A stretch of DNA of 64,000 nucleotides. Origin: Camelus dromedarius (taxonomy: Eukaryota). The notes beneath the pieces were generated by a model that saw nothing but the letters and a program-made list of their open reading frames with translations, did not search any database and was not told the DNA's origin. Positions within the stretch are counted from its first letter, which is position 1; every line of letters starts with the position of its first letter. This document shows, piece after piece, positions 40,556-51,890 of the stretch. The translations under genes and the position numbers were made by a program. The DNA is taken from contig NC_087437.1 of assembly GCF_036321535.1 (NCBI RefSeq), positions 65,722,001 through 65,786,000 on the forward strand. Reading direction: 5' to 3'.

Positions 40556-40783
40556 CTGTGGTTCCCTAACCTGCACTAGCATCAATCCGTCTGATCCATC
40601 TGATCCATCATTAGATCAGAGTCACTTGGGATCTCTGTAAACATTCAAATACCTAAACCCTTCACAGACCCAATAAATTAGAATTTCTATTAGCGCCAAA
40701 AGAGTCTTTCTTTGTAAGTCCTCCAGGTGCTTTTGTGGCAATCAGTCCCAGACTGGCCAACAGACTGGCTTTGGGAACCACAG
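40556..40783. mobile_element. hAT-Charlie MITE (MER5/MER112/MER117-like)
   Basis: Perfect 11-bp terminal inverted repeat ctgtggttccc / gggaaccacag; internal atcagagtcacttggga and ctccaggtg motifs. Confidence 0.75.
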
Positions 40784-41736
40784 CTCCACTGAAAGAGGTC
40801 TGAAAAGGATTAACATATATAAAGAGCAATGTGTAGGTCAGAAGGGAGTTGGTCAGCAAAGGGAATGTGGGGAAAAGGGCACACTTGGCACACTCTGGCC
40901 CATGTAAGCAAAATTCTGGAACTGGGTACCCTGCCAGGGTGCAAGAAACATCTAGACCACTTTTCTTTTGAGAAGATAGCAAAAGCCAGATGAGCAGAGC
41001 CTGGTGGTATAAAACACTTGAATCATTTAACTCCCCTTACCAAAGTCCTTGCTCACTGAGCAACCTTCTGATGATCTCTCTTCCCTTGCAACTGGCCTAT
41101 AGAGAGCAAAGGTATAGATCAGACCAAATGTTTCCCACTGTAAATTAATAAACTGGCAATCTTGTTATATATCAGTCTCTTGTGAGTTTGTATGAGTCAG
41201 CATCCTTGAGTCTGACCAACTCAGAGGCTCTGCCAAAATCGAGTTCTGATGCTGCAAAGCTAAGGGCCTGACCCTGGGCCCCAGTGAATTCATCAGAGTA
41301 AGTGTCCCATTCAGGCCCCAGGAAGCCAGCCAGTTTGCCTCTCCTGGGGAAAGGAGGTGAGAAGAAGCCCATTTCTCAGGGAAACACAATATGGAAGATT
41401 CTCTTGATAATACATGTGCTTTATTGGGTACATGAACTCAGAAGGGTTCTTATCATAAGAACAGCCATTCAAAATGTTCTCTTCTCTAAGAGCTTTCATA
41501 TGTATTAACTCATTTGACACTTCTACCAACCTAGGAGGTAAGTCAGGCATTTCATTATTATCATTATTATTAATCTTATTATTATTTCAGATATGAGGAA
41601 TCTGAGCACATAGCCACCTACCTTAGATCCAAAGTAAATGACCCATTTAGGACCAAAATCCAGATCTCTTGACTCCTATATTCTTTTTATTTCCCCTCTC
41701 ATTTAATACAGAAAGTACTATAAACAAAACCCTAAA

Positions 41737-41835
41737 GGAGGTAGGGTAAGTTTAGCTCAGTGGTGGAAAGCATGCTTAGCATGCTTGAGTCCTGGGTTCA
41801 ATCCCTAGTACCTCCACTTAAAAAACAAACAAACA
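41737..41835 (+). mobile_element. tRNA-derived SINE (vic-1-like, short form)
   Basis: tagctcagtggt (A box), cctgggttcaatccctagtacctcc (B box), (aaac)n tail. Flanking direct repeat aaacaaaaccctaaa / aaacaagaaccctaaa. Confidence 0.88.
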
Positions 41836-43897
41836 AGAACCCTAAAACAGCAATAAAATCACCTGTATGGAATAGAGTGGGACTGTGCATGTGTCTATGA
41901 GATGGGAGGCTGGGTTAAGGACACGGGTATGGAGGGGCAGGTTGACAGCAGAAGAGAAATCAGATCAATGGTGATAATAAGAAAGCAAATCAAATTGTTT
42001 GCCTTTAGCCAAGAGAACTGGGGAATGATTCTGTTTAATTGAACACACTATTTATTGAGCATCTACTGTGCACAAGGCCAAATGTGCTAAGTGCTGTCAA
42101 GAGGAGTAGAGTTTAGGAAAGAACATTTTAAAACATGTATTTTGGTGTGGTGAAGAGTGAACCCCAAATCTTTTTCCTTCTTTAATGCAGCACCAGAGAG
42201 TACAGTCCACACCTAGGGTATTTAAGGGGAGGTGGGAAAAGGGAGATTGTGGTAGTTGAGAAGCTGTTATTAGGAATCTGGCAGCCAAGACCATTTGGAA
42301 ATGAGGGTTTGATGACATCAGGGATGAATATTTGTGCAGAATCCTTCTTGCGGAATGAAAAAGGATGCAGTTTCCTCAACACTTTTCCATCATATTTTAT
42401 CTTAGGTCTTTAAGTCCTTGCTGACTTCACCAGTGACAGTTCCCAAAATAAATCTGTTTTTTAAAATGCTTTTCACAATTGCATGAAAACAAAATCTAGA
42501 TTCCAGAGGCACAGGAATTACGAAAGGGGAAAGTCCCTGGACTCCTCTTTCTCCTGCGCTGACATGCTTTTCAGCATGATCCATAGTTGGGACAAGGGGC
42601 TCCAGCCAGATCTCTGTTGATTAGCCCACAGACACTGTCCTTCAGTCCTCATATTTTGCTAGCTGGTTGCTCTTTATAAATCTGTACATTCTGGTGTGAG
42701 CACTCTAGGGTGGCAAAGGGAGAGAGAGCTGACTGTTCCCCACCCGATCAGTGCATGTCTGGTTGGATCAGCCTCCCACCTCTCTGGCTGATTCATCAGG
42801 CTCAGTCTATTCAAACAGATGGGACTTCTATTTAGGTATTTTAATAGCATGTATTTAAGATACCCTATTGAGAATCTGATCTGACAGAGGTTTGATGAAG
42901 TGTTGATATGCTGAGAAACCAGGCTCACTAGGCAAATAACGTCTCCCCAAACCAAATAATTTGAATCAATTCAATCAAGTACTTAACTAAGGGCCTTCTA
43001 TGCAACACTGTGTGCCCAACATTAAGTTAGAGAACCAGAAAAGAAGTAGAATGCTTGGCAGACAAGTCCTTCTTTCTCTAGAGAGAAATAGTGCACTGAT
43101 GAATGTCTTTGTAATTTTATAAACATCTTTGCCTACGATGTGCAGGGGTTCAAGCAGGTAAGGAGCTAAATAGTCAGGATTGTGGCCACACATCTCTAAT
43201 ATCAAGCCGACATCTAACATGTGGCTCTCTATAGTCTCATGATGAGAAAAAAAAAATCTAACATTATTGAGCACCTAAACTGAAAGTACTGAATGTACAC
43301 CATGTTCTTCCTGACACCATGCTGCTGCTTGTTACTGCCCTAACTTTAACATCCACTCTCCCACTCTGCTATGCTTATCCATATCTGATCTTTTTTTTTT
43401 TTAAGGTCAAATCTGACTTTCTTTAAAAGCTTTTTATTCTCAATTTTCAGACAATAATGATATGTTTTCTTCATAGCCTTTGCTGTTAGTAATATGCCTT
43501 TTGGATCTTCAGTTTAGTACCTAACAGCTTAAAAGTCTTGCTTGGTCTCCAACCTTTTAGGTTTGTGAGACTTGGATAGTCAATAATACTATAAACTCTT
43601 TAAGAGTAAAACTCAATTTACATTTGTTCAGTTATTCAATATTTTGTGGGTACCTACTATGCACCAAATCACCATCGTAGAGGAAATAAATATAAATAAG
43701 AAAAGAGCCCCCAAGAAGCTCACACATATATTTTCTACTCTGAAATGGGATCAGAATCTCTGTGTGGAAAGCACTTAGGCTGGTGCCAGACACAAAGTAA
43801 GTCTTCTATAAATGGACACTCTCATTAGCTATTACTTCTCTGATACTGAATAAAAGAGTGGGAAGTAGAGATAAGAACTGAAAAAGGAAGTTACAAT

Positions 43898-44910
43898 TGT
43901 TAGTTTACTTTTGGAGGTATAATAGGAAACCCAACTCAAATGGCTTAAACAGTAAAGGAGACTTACTGGTTAATCTAACTGAAAAACTCCAGAGGTAGGG
44001 TAATGATTGGTTATGATTCAATCAGGGTTTTGGCTCCATTTCTTTGTGATTCTTTTGGGACTACTGTCCACGTGTATTGGCTTTATCCTCAGGCTGGTAG
44101 CAAGATGACTGCAGTAATTGCAGGCTTCACATTTACATGTAACATCCAGGGAAAGAGAGAATTCATCTCTTCTGGTGGCTCTCTTAAAAGTGTGGAGATT
44201 TCTATCCTCAAAGCTCCAGCACGTCTCCCTTCTCATCTCAGAGTACCAAATGAGTCACAGCCTTTTTCTCAACCAGTTCCTTGACCAAGGAATGTCATGA
44301 CTGCTTGGCTCAGACTAGGTTCCTGACCCAGGCACTGCTAAGAGGGTGAGACTACTGTACCAGTTAGAATGGCTTGTTTATACAGCAGTAACAGCCAACT
44401 CCCACATCTCAGTGGCTTAACATAGCAGAAATTTATTTCTTGCTCTCACGACATGCCGGTATAGGTCGGCAGGGGGAGCTCTACCATTATAGTCACTCTG
44501 GGACCCAGACTGATGGAGGCTTCATCTTGCCACATGCTTTAGCAATCACCAGAGCAAGGGGAAGGGGACCAGGTGAATCATACATTAGCCCTTAAAGGCT
44601 TCTGCCTGGAAATGACATATGTCATTTCTATTCACATTTTTATTGGCCAAAGTAAGTCACATGGTCACATCTACCTTCGACAAGCTAGGAAATGCAACCC
44701 TACGATCTATCTAGAACTAGAATATTTGTGAATAGTCACAATCACTATGACAATTATCCTTGGGTCAATCAGGACTGACTGTACAGATGACTTTAGAGTT
44801 AGCTTCTCCTGAAGCACATGTACTTCCTTGGGAAGAGTATCCCTTAGCAAATATTAGGTAATACTAGGGAGTAATGGCTGCTAAATAGGCAACCAGTAAT
44901 GCTTATTACA
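43898..44910 (-). mobile_element. MLT1K/L-like MaLR LTR split by a second MaLR LTR
   Basis: aggaaacccaactcaaatggcttaaacagtaaaggagacttactgg...caagatgactgcag. Resumes after 44752 and ends aggcaaccagtaatgcttattaca. Confidence 0.75.
44356..44752 (-). mobile_element. MLT1I-like MaLR solo LTR (nested)
   Basis: TG...CA termini; tctcagtggcttaaca...tttatttcttgctc...ctgggacccagactgatggagg...ttggccaaagtaagtcacatgg. 5-bp TSD actac / attat (two C>T changes). Confidence 0.85.
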
Positions 44911-45904
44911 GAAGTTACACAGAGGCAAACTGATCTGAGACATCAAAGACGATAGAGAAAACAAGATCATGAACAGACTGGCAAAGGTTGAAGGAAAGAG
45001 AAGCAGCAGCTGTAGGATTGAAGCCATCCAAAAATCTGCACAGCAGGAAGGGTCCAGATGAAAATAGGCAGCAGGGCCAGCACATGAGTTAGCATCTTTG
45101 CTGCTACATTCCCCAGCCCAGTCACGGGAGCATAAAAATCACATCAGGAAGATATGAAGGGATAATGGATGATTTGAGGGAACTTGTGGCGGGGTCTTGG
45201 ATCGTTAAGGAAGTTGAAGAGTTGAAGAAGTCAGGGGGTTCTCAAATGCGCAGAGAGGCCAAAGCTGTAATATAACCCAGAACCAGTCATATTTCTAAAC
45301 TAGGTAAAGTCCTTGAGAAGTAACCTATAACAAAGACTTGTAACAAGTGGCACAGATGAAATGGAATCCAAACGATGGAAAATAGAGGACAACCAACATG
45401 AGGTACTGATACAAAGATGAAGCTTTCTGTCCCATGGGTCTACAGGTGTTACAGAAAGGAGGTCTCTGTGGGAGAGGAGAGTGTAAGTTTATGCTAGAGC
45501 CATGTTTCTACCCAGGGGAGGCAACAAAATGTAGAAGAAAGAACTATTCCAGACCAGCAGTCAGGAAACTCATGTTTGACTCCCAGCAGTGACCATAAAT
45601 ATGATACGGGCAAATCATCATAAACTTCTTTCAACTTGTCTCTTCAGCGAAGAAAGTGCATAATCATGCCTCCTCTACCTTCCTCAGAGCTTTACGTGAA
45701 TCAGACGGGATAGGAAAGCCCTTTGATGCATGACAAAGCCCTAGATAAATGTATGTATGCAATTATAATAGAGATGTGGGTCAGTGGGAAGAGCTGAGGG
45801 TAGTTAGGATATAGGTGAGACTCTATCTCCAACTGAATAGGGCCTAGATGTAAAGACAGAGTGAAGATGAAGTGGAGCTATCAGTGGGCTGATAGGCAAC
45901 GTCT

Positions 45905-46300
45905 AGTAAGTCAAGACTTGCAATTGCAAGGGATAGTAACCCAACTCAAATTGGCCTAAGAATAAAATAAAATGTATTGACTCACACAATAGAAATAATT
46001 GCAAGGGTAAAAAGGCTTCAAGTGTAGCAGGATTTAAGTGTTCAAGCGTTGTGGTTGGAAATCTGTCTCTCTGCATCTCTAGAGTCTGCCTTCCTCTGTG
46101 TTGGTTTCATTGTCAGGCAGGTTGTCCTCAAATAATGATAAAGATTGTCCCCAGCAGCTACCAGTTATGCTCCACTGGTTCAGTAATCCCAATAGAAAAA
46201 GACAGTGCCTTTTTCTCATTTCAACAAAAATCCTGAAGTAACTCTCATTATCTGGCCTGGATCATATGCTCCTCTCTGAATCAGTCACTATGACTGGCAT
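45905..46300 (-). mobile_element. MLT1K-like MaLR LTR fragment
   Basis: ttgcaagggatagtaacccaactcaaattggcctaag...tctgccttcctctgtgttggtttcattgtcaggcagg. Confidence 0.75.
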
Positions 46301-47720
46301 CAATCCCAGCTGAATCACATGGACGTAAAATCGGGGAGAAATGCACACTGTGGGAGAACAAATGAAAACCACCCACATCCACCATTGGAAGTAGGTTTAA
46401 GAGGCTTGTTCCTGAAGTGATGATTGTGGAGAAGAGGACACAGGACAGAGGAGGGAAGAAAATCAAGGAAGGATTTGAGGCAGAGAGAGAGAAGCACTTA
46501 CTGGAGAAGGCCAAGTTTACAAAGGGATTTACCAAGGGCACTCTGGGAGATGGGGAGGTGATATTTGTCAGTCAAAACAGTGAGGACATATTTAAGAATT
46601 TCCAAAGTGGCCCAATGCACTCTGAGAAACAGTAGTATGGGAGGCAAAAGCAGCTACAGTCACAGACTTTTGGTTAGTTCTTTGTTTGGTAGGTGGTTCT
46701 GTTTCTAACTGCTGGGGTAGGGAAGGGAGGAAAAAGACTGTGTCAGTCTTGAAGGACCTAGACTAATGCAGGAGACATGGACAGAGATCTCCAAAACACT
46801 GCCATAATTTTACAGCTTAATGAGTCTCAGTGGAAAAAGCAGCAAAGAAGTTATCACTAAATTTACTAAAGTTACAGCCTGCCAAAGAGAATGTGAAATG
46901 TGACTGACACACACAGCATGCGATGTCCTCTCCACCCACCCACTGAACATAAAGGCCCACCCTGTCTTGCCTTTTTTCCACCCTCCTACATACACATTAT
47001 ACCTGCACACAGGCACATAACAGCAGGGAAGGATACTCTTGGAACATTGTTAGAATCATACTTTAGACCTCCCAGGTAGGTCACTCCCCTGAAATGAAAA
47101 GCTACCAGTTTCCCATTTTTTGAAGCTGGTGGAATAGGGCTGATTAAAGCTGACTTCATACTGAGCAAATACTTGTAAGAGGCAATTTAGTTCTGGATCC
47201 ATCCTCTGTATCTTACAATTGCCTTCACCAGCACCCCTGATATTGGTACACTTCCAAGCATGTTCAAATGGAAGGGCCTCACCTCATGCTTATACAAATG
47301 GAGACATTAGCCCACTATGACCCTGGACTTCAAGGCTTAACTCCAACAGAGAATTGGAGCAGAGTTTACAGTGCCAGCTTAGTACTCGGATGGCCAGAAT
47401 GAGTCTATGTTATGATTTAGAGTCTGAATCCCAGGAATGGATGTAAAGGGCAACTCAGAGAAGCTAATTCCTTCAGGAAAGAACATTCAGGATGCTTGAA
47501 TTCTTACCTCATGAGCATGCTTCCTGTTACTCTGTCTTCTGTAGTTGTTACCAGGAAAGGCTCTCTGGTCACAAACCCTAGAGTTCTGATACTCTGTTGG
47601 CTCTAACATCCAAAACAGGTATCTTGGTTACAGGGCCCTGTCTACTCCCTAGTCAATAATGGTAATTACTGTACACAGTGCGGGGAGAGGTATTACTTTA
47701 AAAAGAAGCAGCACACAGAC

Positions 47721-48269
47721 ATAAATTATCATAAGACCCAGCAATTCCACTCCTAGGTACATACCCCCCAAAATGGAAAACAGGCACCAAATACTTGTAC
47801 AGGAAAGTTCACAGCAGCATTAATCACAACAGTCAAAATGTGGAAACAATCTCAATGTCCATCAAAAGCTGAAAGGATAAATAAATTGTGGTCTATACAC
47901 ACAATGGAGTACTAGTCAGCCATAAAAAGGAATGAAGTACTGATACATGCAACAACACGGATGAACCTCAAAAACATTACACTAAGAGAAAGAAGCCAGG
48001 CACAAAAGGTCACATATTACATGATTCCATTTATATTAAATATCCAGATTAGGCAAATCCATAGACACAAAGAAGATTGGCTAGAGGGAGAGGGGAATGG
48101 GGAGCAACTGCTTAATGGGCATGGGGTTCTATTATGGGGTAATGAAAATGTTTTGGAACTAACTGGACAGAGATGGTGATTGCACAATATTGTGAATGCA
48201 CTAAATGCCACTGAATTGTTTACTTTAAATGATTAATTTTATGTCATATGAATCTGACACACAAAAAAA
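47721..48269 (+). mobile_element. L1MB-like 3' end, apparently inserted in an MLT1 LTR remnant
   Basis: gacccagcaattccactcctagg...gatgaacctcaaaaacattacactaag...ggggtaatgaaaatgttttggaact...tgtgaatgcactaaatgccactgaattg. Confidence 0.9.
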
Positions 48270-48427
48270 GGGGGGGAGGGGGATACAGACTCAGCTGATA
48301 TATACCTTTATCCTCTCACTCCTTCACTTCTACCTGAAGGTGTACATAGAAAGGTAAAGTATCGGCCATTATGTGACCATGAAGCAACCAATATTTGCCA
48401 AGAATGGCTGAGCATACAGATGTAAGT

Positions 48428-48595
48428 GGTGGGGAGGATAGAGCTCAGTGGTAGAGCATGTGCTTTATCATGTGTGAGGTCCTGGGTTCAATCCTCAGTA
48501 CCTCTGTTAATAAACAAACAAAAAAACAAACAAACATAATTACTCCCCCTCCAAAAAAACCCAAAAACAAACAAACAAACAAACAAAAAATAAAA
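48428..48595 (+). mobile_element. tRNA-derived SINE (vic-1-like)
   Basis: ggggaggatagagctcagtggtagagc...gaggtcctgggttcaatcctcagtacctc...taattactccccctcc plus an (aaac)n tail. Confidence 0.88.
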
Positions 48596-48997
48596 GGAAG
48601 CTGGGTCTTTGAAATCATGAAGGAAACCACAGTATCATCAATTTTATTACGAGACAAATAAAACCCCTAGTTGAAGAAATAGCATAATCTTTGTTCTTTA
48701 CAATTTCCTCTTTAAAGAATGACCTTAACATAAACTAAGAGAACAAATTCACACATGAGCCTTTGGTTAGATGTATTTGTTAGGTGTACTTTTGCTTAGG
48801 TGATTTCACCAGTTGCTGGGAAAATGCACTTTGCTGTATAGATCAGCACTCACCATCTGTAAGCATTCCAAACAGGAAGATAATTAACACAAAATAGCAT
48901 CACAAACATTAGGTACACAAATAATAACAAAAACAGAAAATAACAGTCTTTTCTACAAAGGCCATGGTTTACTCCTGGCCTGAATAAGCATAATTGT

Positions 48998-49190
48998 TTA
49001 TTCATTCAATATGTACTGACTACTTACTACGTGCCAGGCATCGAGCCAGGGATATGAGCCAGAATACTGCAGTGAGCAGGAAAGATAAGTCTCTGCCCTC
49101 ATGGAGCTTACATTCTAGCAAGGGGAGAGACAGACAATAAACACGCGAGCGATCTCACATACACTGCGTGCTATTATCATGCATCCAGAG
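48998..49190 (-). mobile_element. L2 3' end
   Basis: ttcattcaatatgtactgactacttactacgtgccaggca...tctctgccctcatggagcttacattctag. Confidence 0.8.
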
Positions 49191-49658
49191 GAACACATTA
49201 GGCTTCCAACTCTCTGAAATAGGACTGGCTCTTAGCTCCTCCATCTGCGGTGTGGCATTGCAGGGTGCTCAGGTTCCTCAGTTACCAGGAGTCAGCAGCA
49301 CTTTCAACTTGACAGCAACGGTCTCAGTTGTCAAAGATTTCTTTCTCATTTCCTTATTACCATTGCCAACATCATCCCTATGCTTCATCCTACTTCAGGA
49401 AAAATACACACCAAAGAAACATCTCGCCCTAAAGAATCCCACCCTTAAAAAGGGAAACACTAAACCAGAAGCAAAATCCATTATTGTTTCCAAGAGAAAG
49501 AGCCTACCAACAAAGCAAAGCCAACCTTTCCGGCAGAGGATAAGGGAAGAGGGGAGAGTTGGCACAGCATTCAGGTCTAAAATTTGTGTACAAGGAAAAA
49601 TGCAAATAATCATGAAGTACAATATTTAACTCTAGCACCTGAAGAAAATATGCTAGAC

Positions 49659-49990
49659 CAGTGCTGTTCAACAGAAATAAAATGCAAGCTACAAATGTAA
49701 GCAACATATGCAATTTAAAATTTTCTAACACCATATAAAAGAAATAAAAAGAAACAGGTGAAATTATCTTTAATAGTATATTTCCTCTAATTCAGCATAT
49801 CTTCAGTACTATCTTTTCAACACATAATATAAAAATTATTAGTAAGATACTTTACAATCTTTATTTCCATACTGAATCGGCAAAATTTGGTATATGTCTT
49901 ATATTTATAGTACATCTCAATTTGGACTAGAGACAGTTCAAGTACTTAATAGCTACAAATGGCTAATGGCTACTTTATTGAACAGGGCAG
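49659..49990. mobile_element. MER33 hAT MITE
   Basis: Terminal inverted repeats cagtgctgttcaa / ttgaacagggcag; TSD tgctagac (49651-49658) / ccctagac (49991-49998). Confidence 0.9.
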
Positions 49991-50254
49991 CCCTAGACAA
50001 AATACTCACTAAATTCCCTTTTCCAGGAAGATTAAAGCTAATGGCTCCCCAGAATTGGAGCTTCTAGACATCTCAAGAAGCTATATTCTGATACCCTCTA
50101 CTGTTAGTCTTGGAAACACAGCCCTAGGTACCATGAACCACAAGTAAATAAAATTAACTGATTAAGAAAAAAATATATATGCAATTCAGGCAGGAACAAA
50201 ATGATATGCCTTGATGGAGAAAAAGACTATGTTCTCCTAGTGCCAATGCATCTG

Positions 50255-51345
50255 TCCATTCAGCCATTCAACATTTGTTGAGAGCCTACCATGTGCCAGA
50301 ATTAATTCCGTATGCTAGTATCCTGTCCTTAGGGAGATTACAGTCTTTGGGGGGAAAGGCTGATAGACATAAATAATTAGATAAGAAATAAACAAGTTCA
50401 TTGTAAATAGTAATTTTACTATTAAGAAAATAAAACAGGAAAATATCCTCATGAATTGGAGATTATTTTACATAGGGCAAAGAAGGCTTTTCTGAGAAAG
50501 TGGCATTTAAGCCAAGAATGAAATAAAGAGGACAAAAATGGAGAATGTTCTATGCAGAGAACACAGTTAGGGCAAAGACCTGAGGCAGGAAAAACCTTGG
50601 CATACTTGCAAAACAGAGAATGTCAATTGGTTAGAGAGCAGTTAGTTAACAGGGAGGATAGCAGATGTGGTTATAAAAGTAGTCAGGGGCCAGATCTCTT
50701 AGGACCTATAGAAAAGGGTAAGGAGTTTAGAATCTAGATATTCTGAGAAAAAGTCAATAAAGGGTTTTTTTGGGGGGGAGGGGGTGTTAATATTGCTTGG
50801 AGTAGGCTGGTAGTGGTGGAAGTGTAAGAGGTCATATTTAGAATATATTTTCAATTTATTAGCAAGTCCTGTCATCTCCACCTTCAAAATTAGATTATAT
50901 AAATTAGATTATAGTTTGAATGTGACAGGACTTGCTGATGAATGGGACTTAGGATGAAAAAAAAGAAAGGATGGTCAACTACTCGACTTTGGACTTGAGC
51001 ACACAAGTGAAATGGTGGTGCCATTTACTGAGATGGGGAGCTGAAACAGGAGCAAACCCTGCTCCTCCTCCTGTATTTCCAATCATGATAAATGTAACAA
51101 CAATTCAGTCAAAAACCTGAGCTTCATCCAAGGCAAAGCCATATCCAAACAGTCACCAAATCCATTAACTTCATCTCCCCAAAGTTTCTCAAATCTGTTC
51201 CCTCCTTTCTATCTCCACTGACTTGGACAGGTCTTTAGACCAATTACTCACTAAGACTACTGACATTGCCTTAATCTCCAGGTTTAAACTCCAACCCAGC
51301 ATCAAAGCTACAAATTGTTCCCCTACTTAAAATTCTCCAACAATC
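50255..51345. mobile_element. Head-to-head L2 pair (50255-51056 minus; 51058-51345 plus)
   Basis: Minus arm runs from cattcaacatttgttgagagcctaccatgtgccag to ggtgccatttactgagatgggga...aggagca. Plus arm starts cctgctcctcctcctgtatttcc. Confidence 0.8.
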
Positions 51346-51802
51346 TTTTTGAAGAGCAATTTGGCAATATCTATACTTAAAATGGACTTGCCCTTTGATT
51401 GGCTATTTCTTTTACGATTCTACCCTATAGAAATGTTCAGAGAATGTGGATATAAGGGTAATTCATTGCAGCACTTTAACAGTGAAAAACTAGACACTAC
51501 CTAAATGCTATTCAAGCAGGAAATTGTTACATAAACCATCATACAATCACATTATAAAATTCTACTTAGCCGTTATTTTAAAAAATGAAGCAGGTTTAAA
51601 TACACTGATACAGAAAGATCTCCAAGATACTTCAAAAGCAAATGGCAATGTGTATATGATTGCACTTATTTGGTCTGGGATGATAACACCTTAAACTATC
51701 AACAATGGTTACGTCAGAGTAAGTGAGATAGGAGTGGGCTGGGTGGGGAGTTCTCACTTTTTACTATATAATATATGTATGTATATATACATATATATAT
51801 AC

Positions 51803-51848
<46 letters not shown>

Positions 51849-51890
51849 TTATTGGATGACTTTTTAAGTAATCAATAAATTTATATAATA
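51346..51890 (+). mobile_element. L1ME-like 3' fragment containing a (TA)n tract at about 51765-51846
   Basis: ttttgaagagcaatttggcaatatcta...attcattgcagcactt...gaaagatctccaagata. Confidence 0.7.

Noticed and set aside
43887..44919. 9-bp direct repeat gaagttaca flanking the MLT1K-like LTR as a TSD
   Set aside because: MaLR TSDs are 5 bp and the left copy does not abut the apparent TG start; likely chance or a boundary error.
48270..48300. Truncated fourth SINE head (gggggagggggatacagactcag)
   Set aside because: Better explained as MLT1 internal sequence (cagactcagctg) resuming after the L1 tail; no B box.
49168..49629. 153-aa plus-strand ORF
   Set aside because: Non-ATG start at an L2 edge with no homology recognised; consistent with chance.
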